Shown here: positions 1 through 9,191 of the stretch, piece after piece
Layout: every line of letters begins with the position of its first letter
Position numbering within the stretch: the stretch's first letter is position 1
Source: an uncultured Gemmatimonadales bacterium
GTDB taxonomy: Bacteria; Gemmatimonadota; Gemmatimonadetes; Gemmatimonadales; GWC2-71-9
Direction: 5' to 3'
Length of the DNA: 64,000 nt
NCBI GenBank assembly: GCA_963821525.1
Contig: CAWGED010000003.1
Coordinates: 90,522-154,521 of the forward strand
Program-made: the position numbers and the translations under genes
The notes under the pieces: model-generated
What the model was told of the DNA's origin: nothing
What the model saw: the letters and a program-made list of their open reading frames with translations, nothing else
Database searches by the model: none

Positions 1-1
1 G

Positions 2-1459
2 TTGATGCGTGATGGCAGGACCGAGCGCGCGTGGGGTGACGCCGCCGGATCCTCCTTGCTGAATCGCTTCACTTTCCACGCGGCCCGGTGGGGGCTGATC
101 CTCATCCCGGCGCTGGCCACCCGGCTGGCATATCCTCCGACGACCACCGGCGGCTTCGTCCGGACCTGGGTCGGCCCCGTTCTCTACAATCTCGTCATCC
201 TCTCCATCTTCTGGCTGCTGCTCGCGTTCTATCGCCGCGAGACCTATCGACGGCTGCGGGAGATGGTGTTTTTTACCGCCCTGTTCACGCTCTCCATCGT
301 TCTCGGGGATCTGCTCGACGGGCTGTTTCCGGCCCGTGCCGAACCGCTGCCAATCCCGCTTGCGGCTATCCTGGTCACCCTTCTCTATAACGGTCGCATC
401 GCGATCACCTGCGCCATCACCCTGGCACTCCTGCTGGGAACCCAGGGCGGTCAGACCGACGCCGCGACACTCTTCTTCGGGATCGCGGGCGGTGTGGCCG
501 GTGCCATCAGCATGCGCGTGGTGCGGCGCCGCAGCCAGGTCCTCGTCAGCATCGCGGCGATCACCCTCGCCTACGCCATCGCGGGGTTCACCTACGGGTT
601 GATGGCCGGGTGGACAGCGGACGACATGCTTCGGAGCGCGGGCATCGGCGGGATCGTCGCCCTGGTGAGTACGTCGGTCGCCATGGCCCTGCTGCCGCTC
701 GCCGAATGGCTTACCCGCATCACCACCGATCTCCGGCTGCTGGAGCTGGCGGACCCGTCGCGCCCGCTCCTCAAACGCCTGGCCACCGAGGCTCCCGGCA
801 CCTGGGCCCACAGTCTCCAGATGGCCAACCTCTGTGAAGTCGCGTGTAACGCGATCCAGGCCAACGGGCTGCTCGCCCGGGTCGGCTGCTATTATCACGA
901 TGTCGGCAAGCTGGTCGGCCCGCTCTACTTCGCCGAAAACCAGCAGGGCGGGCGCAATCCGCACGACGATCTCAAACCGGAGGACTCGGCGCGCATCATC
1001 AGGCAGCACGTGGTCTACGGATTGGAGCTGGCCGACCAGGCCCGATTGCCCGAAGTGGTTCGAGGATTCATCGCGGAGCACCACGGCACCAGCAGGATGG
1101 AATACTTCTTCGAGCAGGCCCAGAAGCCTGACGGCGCCGCATCGGGAGACGAGAGCGCCTTCGAGTATCCTGGCCCCCGGCCCCGGACCGCGGAGACCGC
1201 CGTCGCCATGCTCGCCGACAGCGCCGAGGCCGCGGTGCGGGTACTGGATGAACCGACTCCGGAGCGGGTGAGGGAAGCGGTGGATTTCCTGGTCGCGCAG
1301 AAGATCGCCGCCGGCCAGCTGAGGGAGGCACCGCTCACGCTGCGGGACCTGGACCGCGTGAGCCAGGAGTTCGCCCGGCTGCTCGCCGGTATGTACCATA
1401 CCCGCGTCGAGTATCCCAGCGGTGCGGGTGGGATCACGGCTGACTTTGGCCGTGACTAG
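2..1459 (+). CDS. 7TM-HD (HDIG) membrane phosphohydrolase, PgpH/YqfF-like
   Basis: Multiple TM helices, then EAPGTWAHS, YYHDVGK, YFAENQ, IAEHHGT, YPGPRP, MLADSAEAA; sits upstream of ybeY as is usual for this family. Confidence 0.9.
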   Translation: MMRDGRTERAWGDAAGSSLLNRFTFHAARWGLILIPALATRLAYPPTTTGGFVRTWVGPVLYNLVILSIFWLLLAFYRRETYRRLREMVFFTALFTLSIVLGDLLDGLFPARAEPLPIPLAAILVTLLYNGRIAITCAITLALLLGTQGGQTDAATLFFGIAGGVAGAISMRVVRRRSQVLVSIAAITLAYAIAGFTYGLMAGWTADDMLRSAGIGGIVALVSTSVAMALLPLAEWLTRITTDLRLLELADPSRPLLKRLATEAPGTWAHSLQMANLCEVACNAIQANGLLARVGCYYHDVGKLVGPLYFAENQQGGRNPHDDLKPEDSARIIRQHVVYGLELADQARLPEVVRGFIAEHHGTSRMEYFFEQAQKPDGAASGDESAFEYPGPRPRTAETAVAMLADSAEAAVRVLDEPTPERVREAVDFLVAQKIAAGQLREAPLTLRDLDRVSQEFARLLAGMYHTRVEYPSGAGGITADFGRD

Positions 1460-1889
1460 GAGATTGAGCCAGCGTCCGCCGGAGGTGCTTGTGAGCGGCC
1501 GAAGCAAGCTCTCCGCGACGCGAGTGCGACGGATCGTTCGGAAAGTGCTGGCGGCCGAGCGACGCCGCGCCACGGTGTCGGTGACTTTTATCGGACCGAC
1601 CCGAATGCGGCGGCTCAACCGGGAGTACAAGAGGCATGACCGGCCGACCGATGTCATCTCGTTCCACCTGCCGGGGCCCGATGGGAGCCTGGCGGGAGAC
1701 ATTTACATCTGCCCGGCGGTCGCGGCACGCGAAGCAAAGGCGGCCGGTGTGACTCAGGCCGAAGAGTTGGCTCGCCTTGTAATTCACGGCACCTTGCACG
1801 TGCTGGGTTACGACCATCCCGAAGGTCGGGGACGGACCACTTCGGTTCTCTGGCGACGGCAGGAGCGATACCTGGAAGCGCTGACGTGA
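1452..1889 (+). CDS. ybeY: rRNA maturation endoribonuclease YbeY
   Basis: LNREYKRHDRPTDVISF, GDIYIC, HGTLHVLGYDH motif; GTG start overlaps the upstream stop. Confidence 0.95.
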   Translation: MTRRLSQRPPEVLVSGRSKLSATRVRRIVRKVLAAERRRATVSVTFIGPTRMRRLNREYKRHDRPTDVISFHLPGPDGSLAGDIYICPAVAAREAKAAGVTQAEELARLVIHGTLHVLGYDHPEGRGRTTSVLWRRQERYLEALT

Positions 1890-3083
1890 TAGAAACACTG
1901 CACTACTTCATCACCCCGCTCGCCACCCTGATCTTCGCGTTTTGGGCGGCATGGCTCTCCTTTGCGGGAGAGGCGGATGCGGACGTCCCTCATATCCTCG
2001 CGGACGAGCAGCCGACCGGTGAAAGCGGACTCCCTCCGGCGCGGGCGCTGTATGTCGCGCACCTGGCCCTGCTGGTGCTGGCGGGCGCCGCTGCGGGAAT
2101 CGCCGAATCGTGGTGGGCGCGTCCTGCCGGGGGAGCGCTCGCTCGGCTGCTTCTCGCGGTGGGACTGGTCTGGATCGTCGGCAATATTCTCCCGCGCTTC
2201 CTGGCATCCGTCGCGCCCGACTTGCCCGCCCTCGCGCGTCCGTCGGCGATCCGCTCCCTGCGACTCCTGGCCCCCGGTCTTCGCCTCGCGGCCTGGGCCG
2301 ACCGGAAGATCCGCCCGGTCAAACGGCGGGAATACCGCGAGTCCGGCGCCACCCGCCGCGACATGCTGCTCGGCCTCTTCTCCCTGGCCGACACGACGGT
2401 CGCCGAGGTGATGACTCCCCGGATCGATATCATCGCGGTCGATGCGTCGGCCACCAGGGACGAAGTGGTCGCGACGCTCCAGGGCTCCGAACACGCGCGG
2501 CTCCTGGTGTACGAGGAGCACCCCGATGCGGTCATCGGCGTGCTCTACGCCAAGGACATGCTCGCCCGATTGCCGGAGGGCGACGATGCCGAGCCATGGA
2601 ACGCCCTGATCCGGCCTGCGGCCTACGTCCCGGAAGGGAAGACACTCGATCGCCAGCTGCGCGACTTCCAGCGGGGGCCAAGCCATCTCGCGGTCGTGGT
2701 GGATGAATTCGGCGGCACCGCGGGCATCGTGACGTTGGAAGACATCCTCGAACAGATCGTTGGTGAGATCCAGGACGAGCACGACACCGATGAGGCCATT
2801 CCGGTTCAGGAGCTTCCCGCGGGACGGCTGTCGGTCGAAGGCGGCGTGCCACTCTCCGAGCTTGAAGCGATTCTCGGGACACAGCTTCGGTCGGGAAGAC
2901 GTGACCACCGTGGGTGGCTTGATGCTCGACGCCTTTGGCCGGGTACCTCGCTCGGGTGAGGCGGTCGCAGTTGATGGGATTCGCTTCGCGGTGGAGCAGG
3001 TGGCCCGCAGGCGGGTCAGGCGGGTCCAGGTGGAGCGGCCCACCGCGCCGGCCGCGGCCGAGGCAGAGGAGGCGGCCGAATGA
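1886..3083 (+). CDS. Hemolysin/CNNM-CorC family protein (TM + CBS pair + CorC_HlyC), frameshift ~2880
   Basis: EVMTPRIDI, HLAVVVDEFGGTAGIVTLEDILEQIVGEIQDEHD; C-terminal TTVGGLMLDAFGRVP lies in another frame. Confidence 0.85.
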
Positions 3084-4288
3084 TCTGGATCGTCTTCTCG
3101 ATCGGCATCCTCCTCGCGGTCATCGGCGCCACCTCGAGCACCGCCCTGGTTTCCATGAGCCGCCTCGAGCTGGTGCAGGCAGTCTCCCGGCAGCTCCGCG
3201 GCGGACCCGGCTCCCTCGCCTGGCTGGCCGAGATGGAGACCTACCTCGGCATCACCGCGGCGCTCACCGCCCTCGGCATGACGATACTCGGCGTGGCCAC
3301 ACCGGCGCTGTTCACCGGTGTGAGCCTGCTCGGATTCTTCGCGCTGATGATCCTCGTGGTCATCCCCGTCGTGCTGTTCGGCGGTTACCTGCTGCCCCGC
3401 TGGGTGGCTCGCTCCCGTCCCGAGGCCTTCCGCGCCGCCGTCGTGCCGGTGCTGCGGCCCGTTTCCGCCCTCTTCACTCTGTTCCTTCCCTCACGCGCCG
3501 GGACGTCCAGCGCCGATCTCCGCACCATCTGGCGCCAGGGTGCCGCGTCCGGTATCGGTGGCGACGAAGAGCTGATCATGGTGGGCGGTGTCATGACCTT
3601 CGCCGAGCGAGCGGTACGGGAAGTGATGACTCCACGCACCAATCTCGTGGCGATTCCGGAAGACGCGCCGCTGGATGAGATCGCCGCGGTCTTCGCTCAG
3701 AGCGGATACAGCCGGCTTCCGGTCTACCGCGGGACGCTGGATGAAATCGTCGGGATGCTGCACGCCTTTGACCTCTTCAAGCTGCAGCCGGGAGACCGGC
3801 TCCCGATTCGCCCGGTGGCCAACGCGCCAGCGGGACGGAACTGCGGTGACCTGCTGCTCGACATGCAGCGGGAGCGGCGCCATCTCGCCGTAGTCCTGGA
3901 CGAATTCGGGGGAACGCTGGGCATCGTCACCTTCGAGGACCTGCTCGAGGAGCTGGTGGGCGAGATCTTCGACGAGTTCGACGAAGGCGCCGGCGGGGCG
4001 GGTGGTGCCACGCTGACGCTGTTCGAGACCGACGGCGCCACTCCGATCTCCGCCATCGAGGAGCGGTTCGATCGCAAGCTGCCCACCGCGACGACCAGCA
4101 CGGTTGCCGGTCTGCTCGCCGAGCTGGCCGGACGGATTCCGGTAGCCGGCGATCGCTTCATCATCCGGACCCTGCAGTTCGACGTGGTCCAGGCCTCGCC
4201 CACCAAGGTGGAGCGCGTGCTGATTCGCCTGGTGCCTCCGCCGCCCGTGCTGCTCGCTCCGCCTCTCTCCGAGGATTCCCGGAAGTGA
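3080..4288 (+). CDS. Hemolysin/CNNM-CorC family protein
   Basis: TM N-terminus, EVMTPRT, SGYSRLPVY, VLDEFGGTLGIVTFEDLLEELVGEIFDEFD. Confidence 0.9.
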   Translation: MIWIVFSIGILLAVIGATSSTALVSMSRLELVQAVSRQLRGGPGSLAWLAEMETYLGITAALTALGMTILGVATPALFTGVSLLGFFALMILVVIPVVLFGGYLLPRWVARSRPEAFRAAVVPVLRPVSALFTLFLPSRAGTSSADLRTIWRQGAASGIGGDEELIMVGGVMTFAERAVREVMTPRTNLVAIPEDAPLDEIAAVFAQSGYSRLPVYRGTLDEIVGMLHAFDLFKLQPGDRLPIRPVANAPAGRNCGDLLLDMQRERRHLAVVLDEFGGTLGIVTFEDLLEELVGEIFDEFDEGAGGAGGATLTLFETDGATPISAIEERFDRKLPTATTSTVAGLLAELAGRIPVAGDRFIIRTLQFDVVQASPTKVERVLIRLVPPPPVLLAPPLSEDSRK

Positions 4289-5622
4289 ATCCTTCGAGAA
4301 TCGTCCAGTCTCTGCTCGGTCTCATCCGAGTGGGCGATCTCAAGCAGTTCCTTCTTCGGGCCGAGAAAACCGAGCCAGCCGACCTGGGAGACGTCCTGGC
4401 GTCCCTGGACGATCAGGAGCGCCTCGCCGTCGTGAAGCAGCTGCCGCCCCGGCTTTCCGGGCGTGCGCTGCTCGAGATGCCGGACGAGACCCAGGCCGAA
4501 GAGACGCTGGTCGCCCTCGAGTCCGAGACCGCAGGAGAGATCGTCGAGGAGCTGCCGGACGACGAGGCGGCGGACCTGGTCGGCGCGCTGGACCCGGAGG
4601 ACCAGCAGCGAATTCTGGCCGAGGTCGAGGACCGGGCCGATGTAGAAACGCTGCTCCGCTACGATCCCGAGACCGCCGGCGGCATCATGACCGCGCATGT
4701 GGTCTCGGTGCGGGAGGACAGCACGGCGGCGGAAGCGATCGATGCTCTGCGAAAGCAGGCGGAGGAGGTCGAGGATTTCCCCCACGTCTTCGTGGTGGAC
4801 TCGGATCGCAAGCTGGTCGGGGTACTGCCGCTCAAGGGGCTGGTCATGAGTCCCGCGGACCGGCCGGTCCGTGAGTTCATGGAAAATGCCGACGTGCGGG
4901 TGGCGCCGGAGGAGGACCAGGAGGAAGTCGCCCGGCTCATCAAGCGCTACGACGTGGCGGGCGTGCCGGTGGTGGATGCGGCAGGACGGCTGCTGGGCCA
5001 GGTCACCTTCGACGACGTCATCGACGTGGTGGAAGAAGAGCAGACCGAAGACATGCTCCGCTTCGGTGGCGTCTCCGCCGATGAGGAACTGGGCGCCCGG
5101 TGGACCACCGCGGTGCGGAGCCGGTTGCCCTGGCTCTTCGTCAATCTGCTCACCGCCTTCATGGCCGGCGCCGTGGTCTACCTGTTCAAGGACACCGTGA
5201 CCCGGACCGTGGCGCTCGCGGTGTGGATGCCGATCATCGCCGGAATGGGCGGCAACGCCGGGACTCAGGCTCTCGCGGTGACGGTGCGACGCCTGGCCCT
5301 GGGACTCATTCCGCCCGACCGCTTTTTTCGGGTAGTGGGGAAGGAGATTCTCGTCGGACTGGTCAACGGGCTTGCGATCGGCGTCACGGTATCAGTCGTT
5401 GCGGTCGCGATGGGAGGGGGAGCTGAGCTGGGGCTTGTTGTGTTCCTCGCGATGGCCGGCAATCTCTTCGTCGCCGGCTTCGCCGGGGCGTTCATTCCGA
5501 TTCTGCTGGAGCGGTTCAAGGTAGATCCTGCGATCGCGTCCTCGATTTTCGTTACTACCTTCACCGATGTCTGCGGTTTCCTCCTTCTGCTGGGTCTGGC
5601 CGGAACGCTCCTGACGCGGTGA
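4285..5622 (+). CDS. mgtE: Magnesium transporter MgtE
   Basis: MgtE-N, CBS pair, RLPWLFVNL, GMGGNAGTQ, DPAIASSIFVTTFTDVCG. Confidence 0.95.
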   Translation: MNPSRIVQSLLGLIRVGDLKQFLLRAEKTEPADLGDVLASLDDQERLAVVKQLPPRLSGRALLEMPDETQAEETLVALESETAGEIVEELPDDEAADLVGALDPEDQQRILAEVEDRADVETLLRYDPETAGGIMTAHVVSVREDSTAAEAIDALRKQAEEVEDFPHVFVVDSDRKLVGVLPLKGLVMSPADRPVREFMENADVRVAPEEDQEEVARLIKRYDVAGVPVVDAAGRLLGQVTFDDVIDVVEEEQTEDMLRFGGVSADEELGARWTTAVRSRLPWLFVNLLTAFMAGAVVYLFKDTVTRTVALAVWMPIIAGMGGNAGTQALAVTVRRLALGLIPPDRFFRVVGKEILVGLVNGLAIGVTVSVVAVAMGGGAELGLVVFLAMAGNLFVAGFAGAFIPILLERFKVDPAIASSIFVTTFTDVCGFLLLLGLAGTLLTR

Positions 5623-5665
5623 GCCACACGCTGTGAGCCGGGCATGGTGACTGCTGGAGGCTGAT

Positions 5666-5975
5666 GTGATTGCCAGGCTGTGGCGCGGTTTGGCTCGCCC
5701 AAGTCAAGCCGGGGCGTACGAGGAACACCTACGCAGGCACACATTCCCGGCGCTCAAGGAGATTCCTGGGTTCGTCGATGCCTCGATACTGCGCCGCCCG
5801 GTCGAGGGTGGGGTCGAGTTTCTTATCAGTGACCCGGTGGGCATCGATGGAGGCAATAGAGAGCTTTGCCGGATCGGACGCCGAAGCCGCAGTGGTCCCT
5901 GCCGAAGTGCAAGAGATGATGATTGAATACGATCGACGGGTTAACCATTTCGAGGTGATGGATGGGTGCGGGTAA
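5666..5975 (+). CDS. Antibiotic biosynthesis monooxygenase-like (Dabb) protein, frameshift ~5828
   Basis: MIARLWRG...AYEEHL...GVEFL joined to VTRWASMEAIESFAG...HFEV across two frames. Confidence 0.7.
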
Positions 5976-6044
5976 GATCAAGCATTGACCTCATACTTGA
6001 CGGATTTCAAATAACACCGGCCCGGCAGGCGGATGTGCTGGCCC

Positions 6045-7127
6045 ATGCCTGAACGAAGCATGCCTCTCTGGACCTGGCTCATCCCCCTCCTGGCGCTTGC
6101 CGTGCTCGGCATTGCGCTCGCGGCTGGCGTGGGTCCCATCCTCGCCCTGCTCTGCGGGGCGGCGTTGATCGGGTCGGTTCTCGTCGCTGTCCATCATGCG
6201 GAAGTCGTCGCCCACCGCGTCGGCGAGCCCCTCGGCACGCTCGTGCTGGCCCTGGCCGTGACGGCGATTGAAACGGCACTCATCCTCTCCATGATGATTG
6301 CCGGTGGCGAAGAGATGGCGGTCTTGCCGCGTGACACGATCTATTCCGCGGTGATGATCATCTGCAATGGGGTCGTAGGCCTGTGCATTCTCGTGGGCGG
6401 TCTCGCGCACCGGGAGCAGACCTTCCGTGTGGAGGGGGCAGGTGGAGGGCTTGCAGCGTTGATTGTGATGGCCTCGCTCGCGCTGGTTCTGCCGGTCTTT
6501 ACCATCACCACACCTACCGGGACCTACAACACCCCGCAACTCGCGTTCGTGGCGGTGGCCTCGGGCTCCCTCTGGGCGATTTTCGTCTTCGTTCAGACCG
6601 TCCGCCATCGCGACTACTTCATCCCGGTAACCGACGCCGCCAATCCCGAGGTACAGGCCGAGCGTCCGACGACGAAGGTGGCATGGGCGAGCTTTGGGTT
6701 GTTGGTGGTGTCGCTGGTGGCGGTGGTAGGCCTGGCAAAGATGCTGTCGCCCACGATCGAAGGGGCGGTCGAGGCGGCCGACGCGCCGCGTACCGTGGTC
6801 GGCATAGTGATCGCGGCACTGGTCCTGCTGCCGGAGACGTGGGCCGCGGTGCGTGCCGCCCGGGCGAACCGCATCCAGAGCAGCATGAACCTGGCGATCG
6901 GCTCGGCGCTCGCCAGCATCGGCCTCACCGTCCCAATAGTCGTGATCGCATCGATCGTCTTTGGCTTGCCCCTGGTCCTGGGCCTGGGGGCCAAGGATAT
7001 GGCGATGCTCGTGGTGACCTTCCTGGTAAGCGCAGTCACCCTCGGCACCGGCCGCACCTACATGATGCAGGGGGCGGTGCACCTGGTGCTGTTTGCGGCC
7101 TTCCTGTTCCTGGCTTTGGTGCCCTGA
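6045..7127 (+). CDS. Ca2+/H+ antiporter (ChaA/y4hA-like, CaCA family)
   Basis: HHAEVVAHRVGEPLGTLVLALAVTAIE, LLPE, MNLAIGSALASIGLTVP; highly hydrophobic. Confidence 0.9.
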   Translation: MPERSMPLWTWLIPLLALAVLGIALAAGVGPILALLCGAALIGSVLVAVHHAEVVAHRVGEPLGTLVLALAVTAIETALILSMMIAGGEEMAVLPRDTIYSAVMIICNGVVGLCILVGGLAHREQTFRVEGAGGGLAALIVMASLALVLPVFTITTPTGTYNTPQLAFVAVASGSLWAIFVFVQTVRHRDYFIPVTDAANPEVQAERPTTKVAWASFGLLVVSLVAVVGLAKMLSPTIEGAVEAADAPRTVVGIVIAALVLLPETWAAVRAARANRIQSSMNLAIGSALASIGLTVPIVVIASIVFGLPLVLGLGAKDMAMLVVTFLVSAVTLGTGRTYMMQGAVHLVLFAAFLFLALVP

Positions 7128-7474
7128 CAAAGCATTGGACTAGCCACGAAAACAGAGCGGGCGCAGGATCTCTCCCACGGCCGCGGACGCGGCGCGGAGC
7201 GCGAGCCGGAGGGGGGGCGAGGGGAGGAGAGCGCAGAAAAGGAGGAGCCGAAGAGGCGAGCACCGCGGCAAACCACCCGACACGCCACCACGCGCAGCCC
7301 CCCCCCACGTCCCCCCCCCCCCCCCCCGCGCTCCCGCCCTTCCTGCACCCTCTGCTTTCTCTTTCCCCCTCCCTTTCCTGACCTCGCGTGCCTCGCGTGC
7401 CTCGCCTTCTGTCCCTTCTTGGCGCCCTCCGTCAGGTGCTTGTCTTTTGCTGTATCCGGTCGTGGCTGACTCCT

Positions 7475-7514
7475 GAAAAACAGAGCGGGCGCAGGATCTC
7501 TCCCACGCCCGCTC
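7475..7514 (-). terminator. Intrinsic terminator of the epoxide hydrolase gene
   Basis: Stem GAGCGGGCG(7483-7491)/CGCCCGCTC(7506-7514) followed on the minus strand by TGTTTTT. Confidence 0.6.
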
Positions 7515-7560
7515 CCCTCTCCCCGCTCCCCTCTCACCGCTTACCGCTCACCGCTCACCG
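7510..7560. repeat. Tandem heptamer array (CCGCTCA/CCGCTTA)
   Basis: ctcaccgcttaccgctcaccgctcaccg; contains the corrected TGA stop of the upstream gene. Confidence 0.85.
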
Positions 7561-8779
7561 CAGCGACCTGAGCCCCGTCCGCACCTCGTCAACGAAAGAG
7601 TTCCGGCTGTTCCCAGGCCGCAAAGTGGCCGCCTTTCTCCACCTTGTTGTAATGGATCAGTTTGGGATACGCCCGCTCGGCCCAGCTCCGCGGAGCTGGA
7701 TACAGCTCGTCAGGAAAGACGCTTACGGCAACCGGGATGGAGACGCCTTTGGCATTGAAATACCCTTTCCCCCAATACTCCCAGTAGAGACGGGCGCCAG
7801 AGAGCGCCGTGTTGGTCAACCAGGTGATCGTGATGTTGTCGAGGATGTCATCGCGCGTGAGGCCCTCAGACTGTCCGTCAAAGACGCGGGCGATGAGCTC
7901 GTAGCTGCGCGCGTCGTGGTCAAGGAAATAGGCCGCCAGGCCGACGGGTGAGTCCGCGATTCCGTACAATGTTTGCGGTCGCAGCCCCATCTGGAATCCA
8001 TAGGCGATTCCCTTTTGATACACGAACTGCAGACGGTCGTAAGCGAGTTTCTCGTCGGCCGAGAGGCCCGATGGCGCCGGCGCCCCGGAAAAGGCCGCCC
8101 CATCAATCTCGGCTGGAAAGATGCCGGCCATGTTGGTGTGAATGCCGAGCAACTCCGGGGCTGCGTGTACGCCCATAAGATCGGTGATGACCGCGCCCCA
8201 ATCGCCGCCCTGCGCCACGAATTTCGTGTACCCGAGGCGCTTCATCAACACGACCCAGGCACGTGCGATGTGGTCGGGGCCCCACCCGGTCGTGGATGGT
8301 TTGCCCGAAAAGCCGTAGCCGGGGATCGAGGGAATTATCACGTCGAACGCGTCCGATGCGCTCCCGCCATGCTCGGTGGGATTGGTCAGCGGATCGATGA
8401 TCTTCATCTGTTCGATGATCGAGCCGGGCCATCCGTGAGTAACGATCATAGGCAACGCATTGTCGTGTTTTGAACGGACGTGAATGAAATGAATGTCCAG
8501 CCCATCGATCTCGGTCATGAAATTCGGCAGGGCAATCAGTTTTGCTTCGATCTTGCGCCAGTCGTAGTCTTCTGCCCAGTAACGGGCGAGTTTCTGCATC
8601 GTCGCCAGCTGGACACCTTGTGATTCATCCGTGACGGTCTCCCGTTCAGGCCACTTCGTCGCGTTGATACGGGTGCGCAACTCGATAAGGTCCGCCTCCG
8701 GAACGGCGGTTACCTGAAACGGACGAACAGCGGCCTTCTCACTGGCCGTCTGTGGGGCAACTTCTGTAGTGGTAGCCAT
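7555..8779 (-). CDS. Epoxide hydrolase (EHN + alpha/beta hydrolase)
   Basis: HGWPGS, PSIPGYGFS, QGGDWG nucleophile, GGHFAAWEQP; removing one T near 7595 restores ELFVDEVRTGLRSLR*. Confidence 0.9.
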
Positions 8780-9124
8780 CGGTGCTTCTCCATAAAGCGA
8801 AGTGACAGGTACGTCTGGCCTAGTTACAAAGCCGATACGTGAAGGTTTCCTTTCTCGGTAGTGAGATGGTATTACTTGTGAGCGCTCGCTGGTTGCCAGG
8901 TTGTGGGCATGCCGCCAGGACGACGGGGACAAGCCGCCACCGGTGCACTTCTACCAATGAAAGAGTGATTGTTCTCACACGGGGGCGCTCCCCTGTGCGT
9001 TACGTGCTCATCTGTACAGTCGCGAAGTGTCAGGCATTACCGGGCGAGCCGCGAAAGATGCACAGTACACGGGTGCCTCGATGGGGACTATTGGACGATG
9101 GTGCCATCGGGGAGGGACCAACCG

Positions 9125-9189
9125 CTGAAAACAAAGCGGCGTGGGATCTCTCCGACGCCCGCTCACCGCTTACCGCTCACTGCTCACCG
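9125..9189 (-). terminator. Terminator hairpin plus heptamer array downstream of the TonB receptor; near-copy of 7475-7560
   Basis: ctgaaaacaaagcggcgtgggatctctccgacgcccgctcaccgcttaccgctcactgctcaccg. Confidence 0.65.
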
Positions 9190-9191
9190 TA

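Noticed and set aside
7180..7470. G-rich then C-rich low-complexity stretch with long C runs (possible G-quadruplex or novel element)
   Set aside because: It looks like garbled consensus across a strong hairpin and cannot be interpreted without reads.
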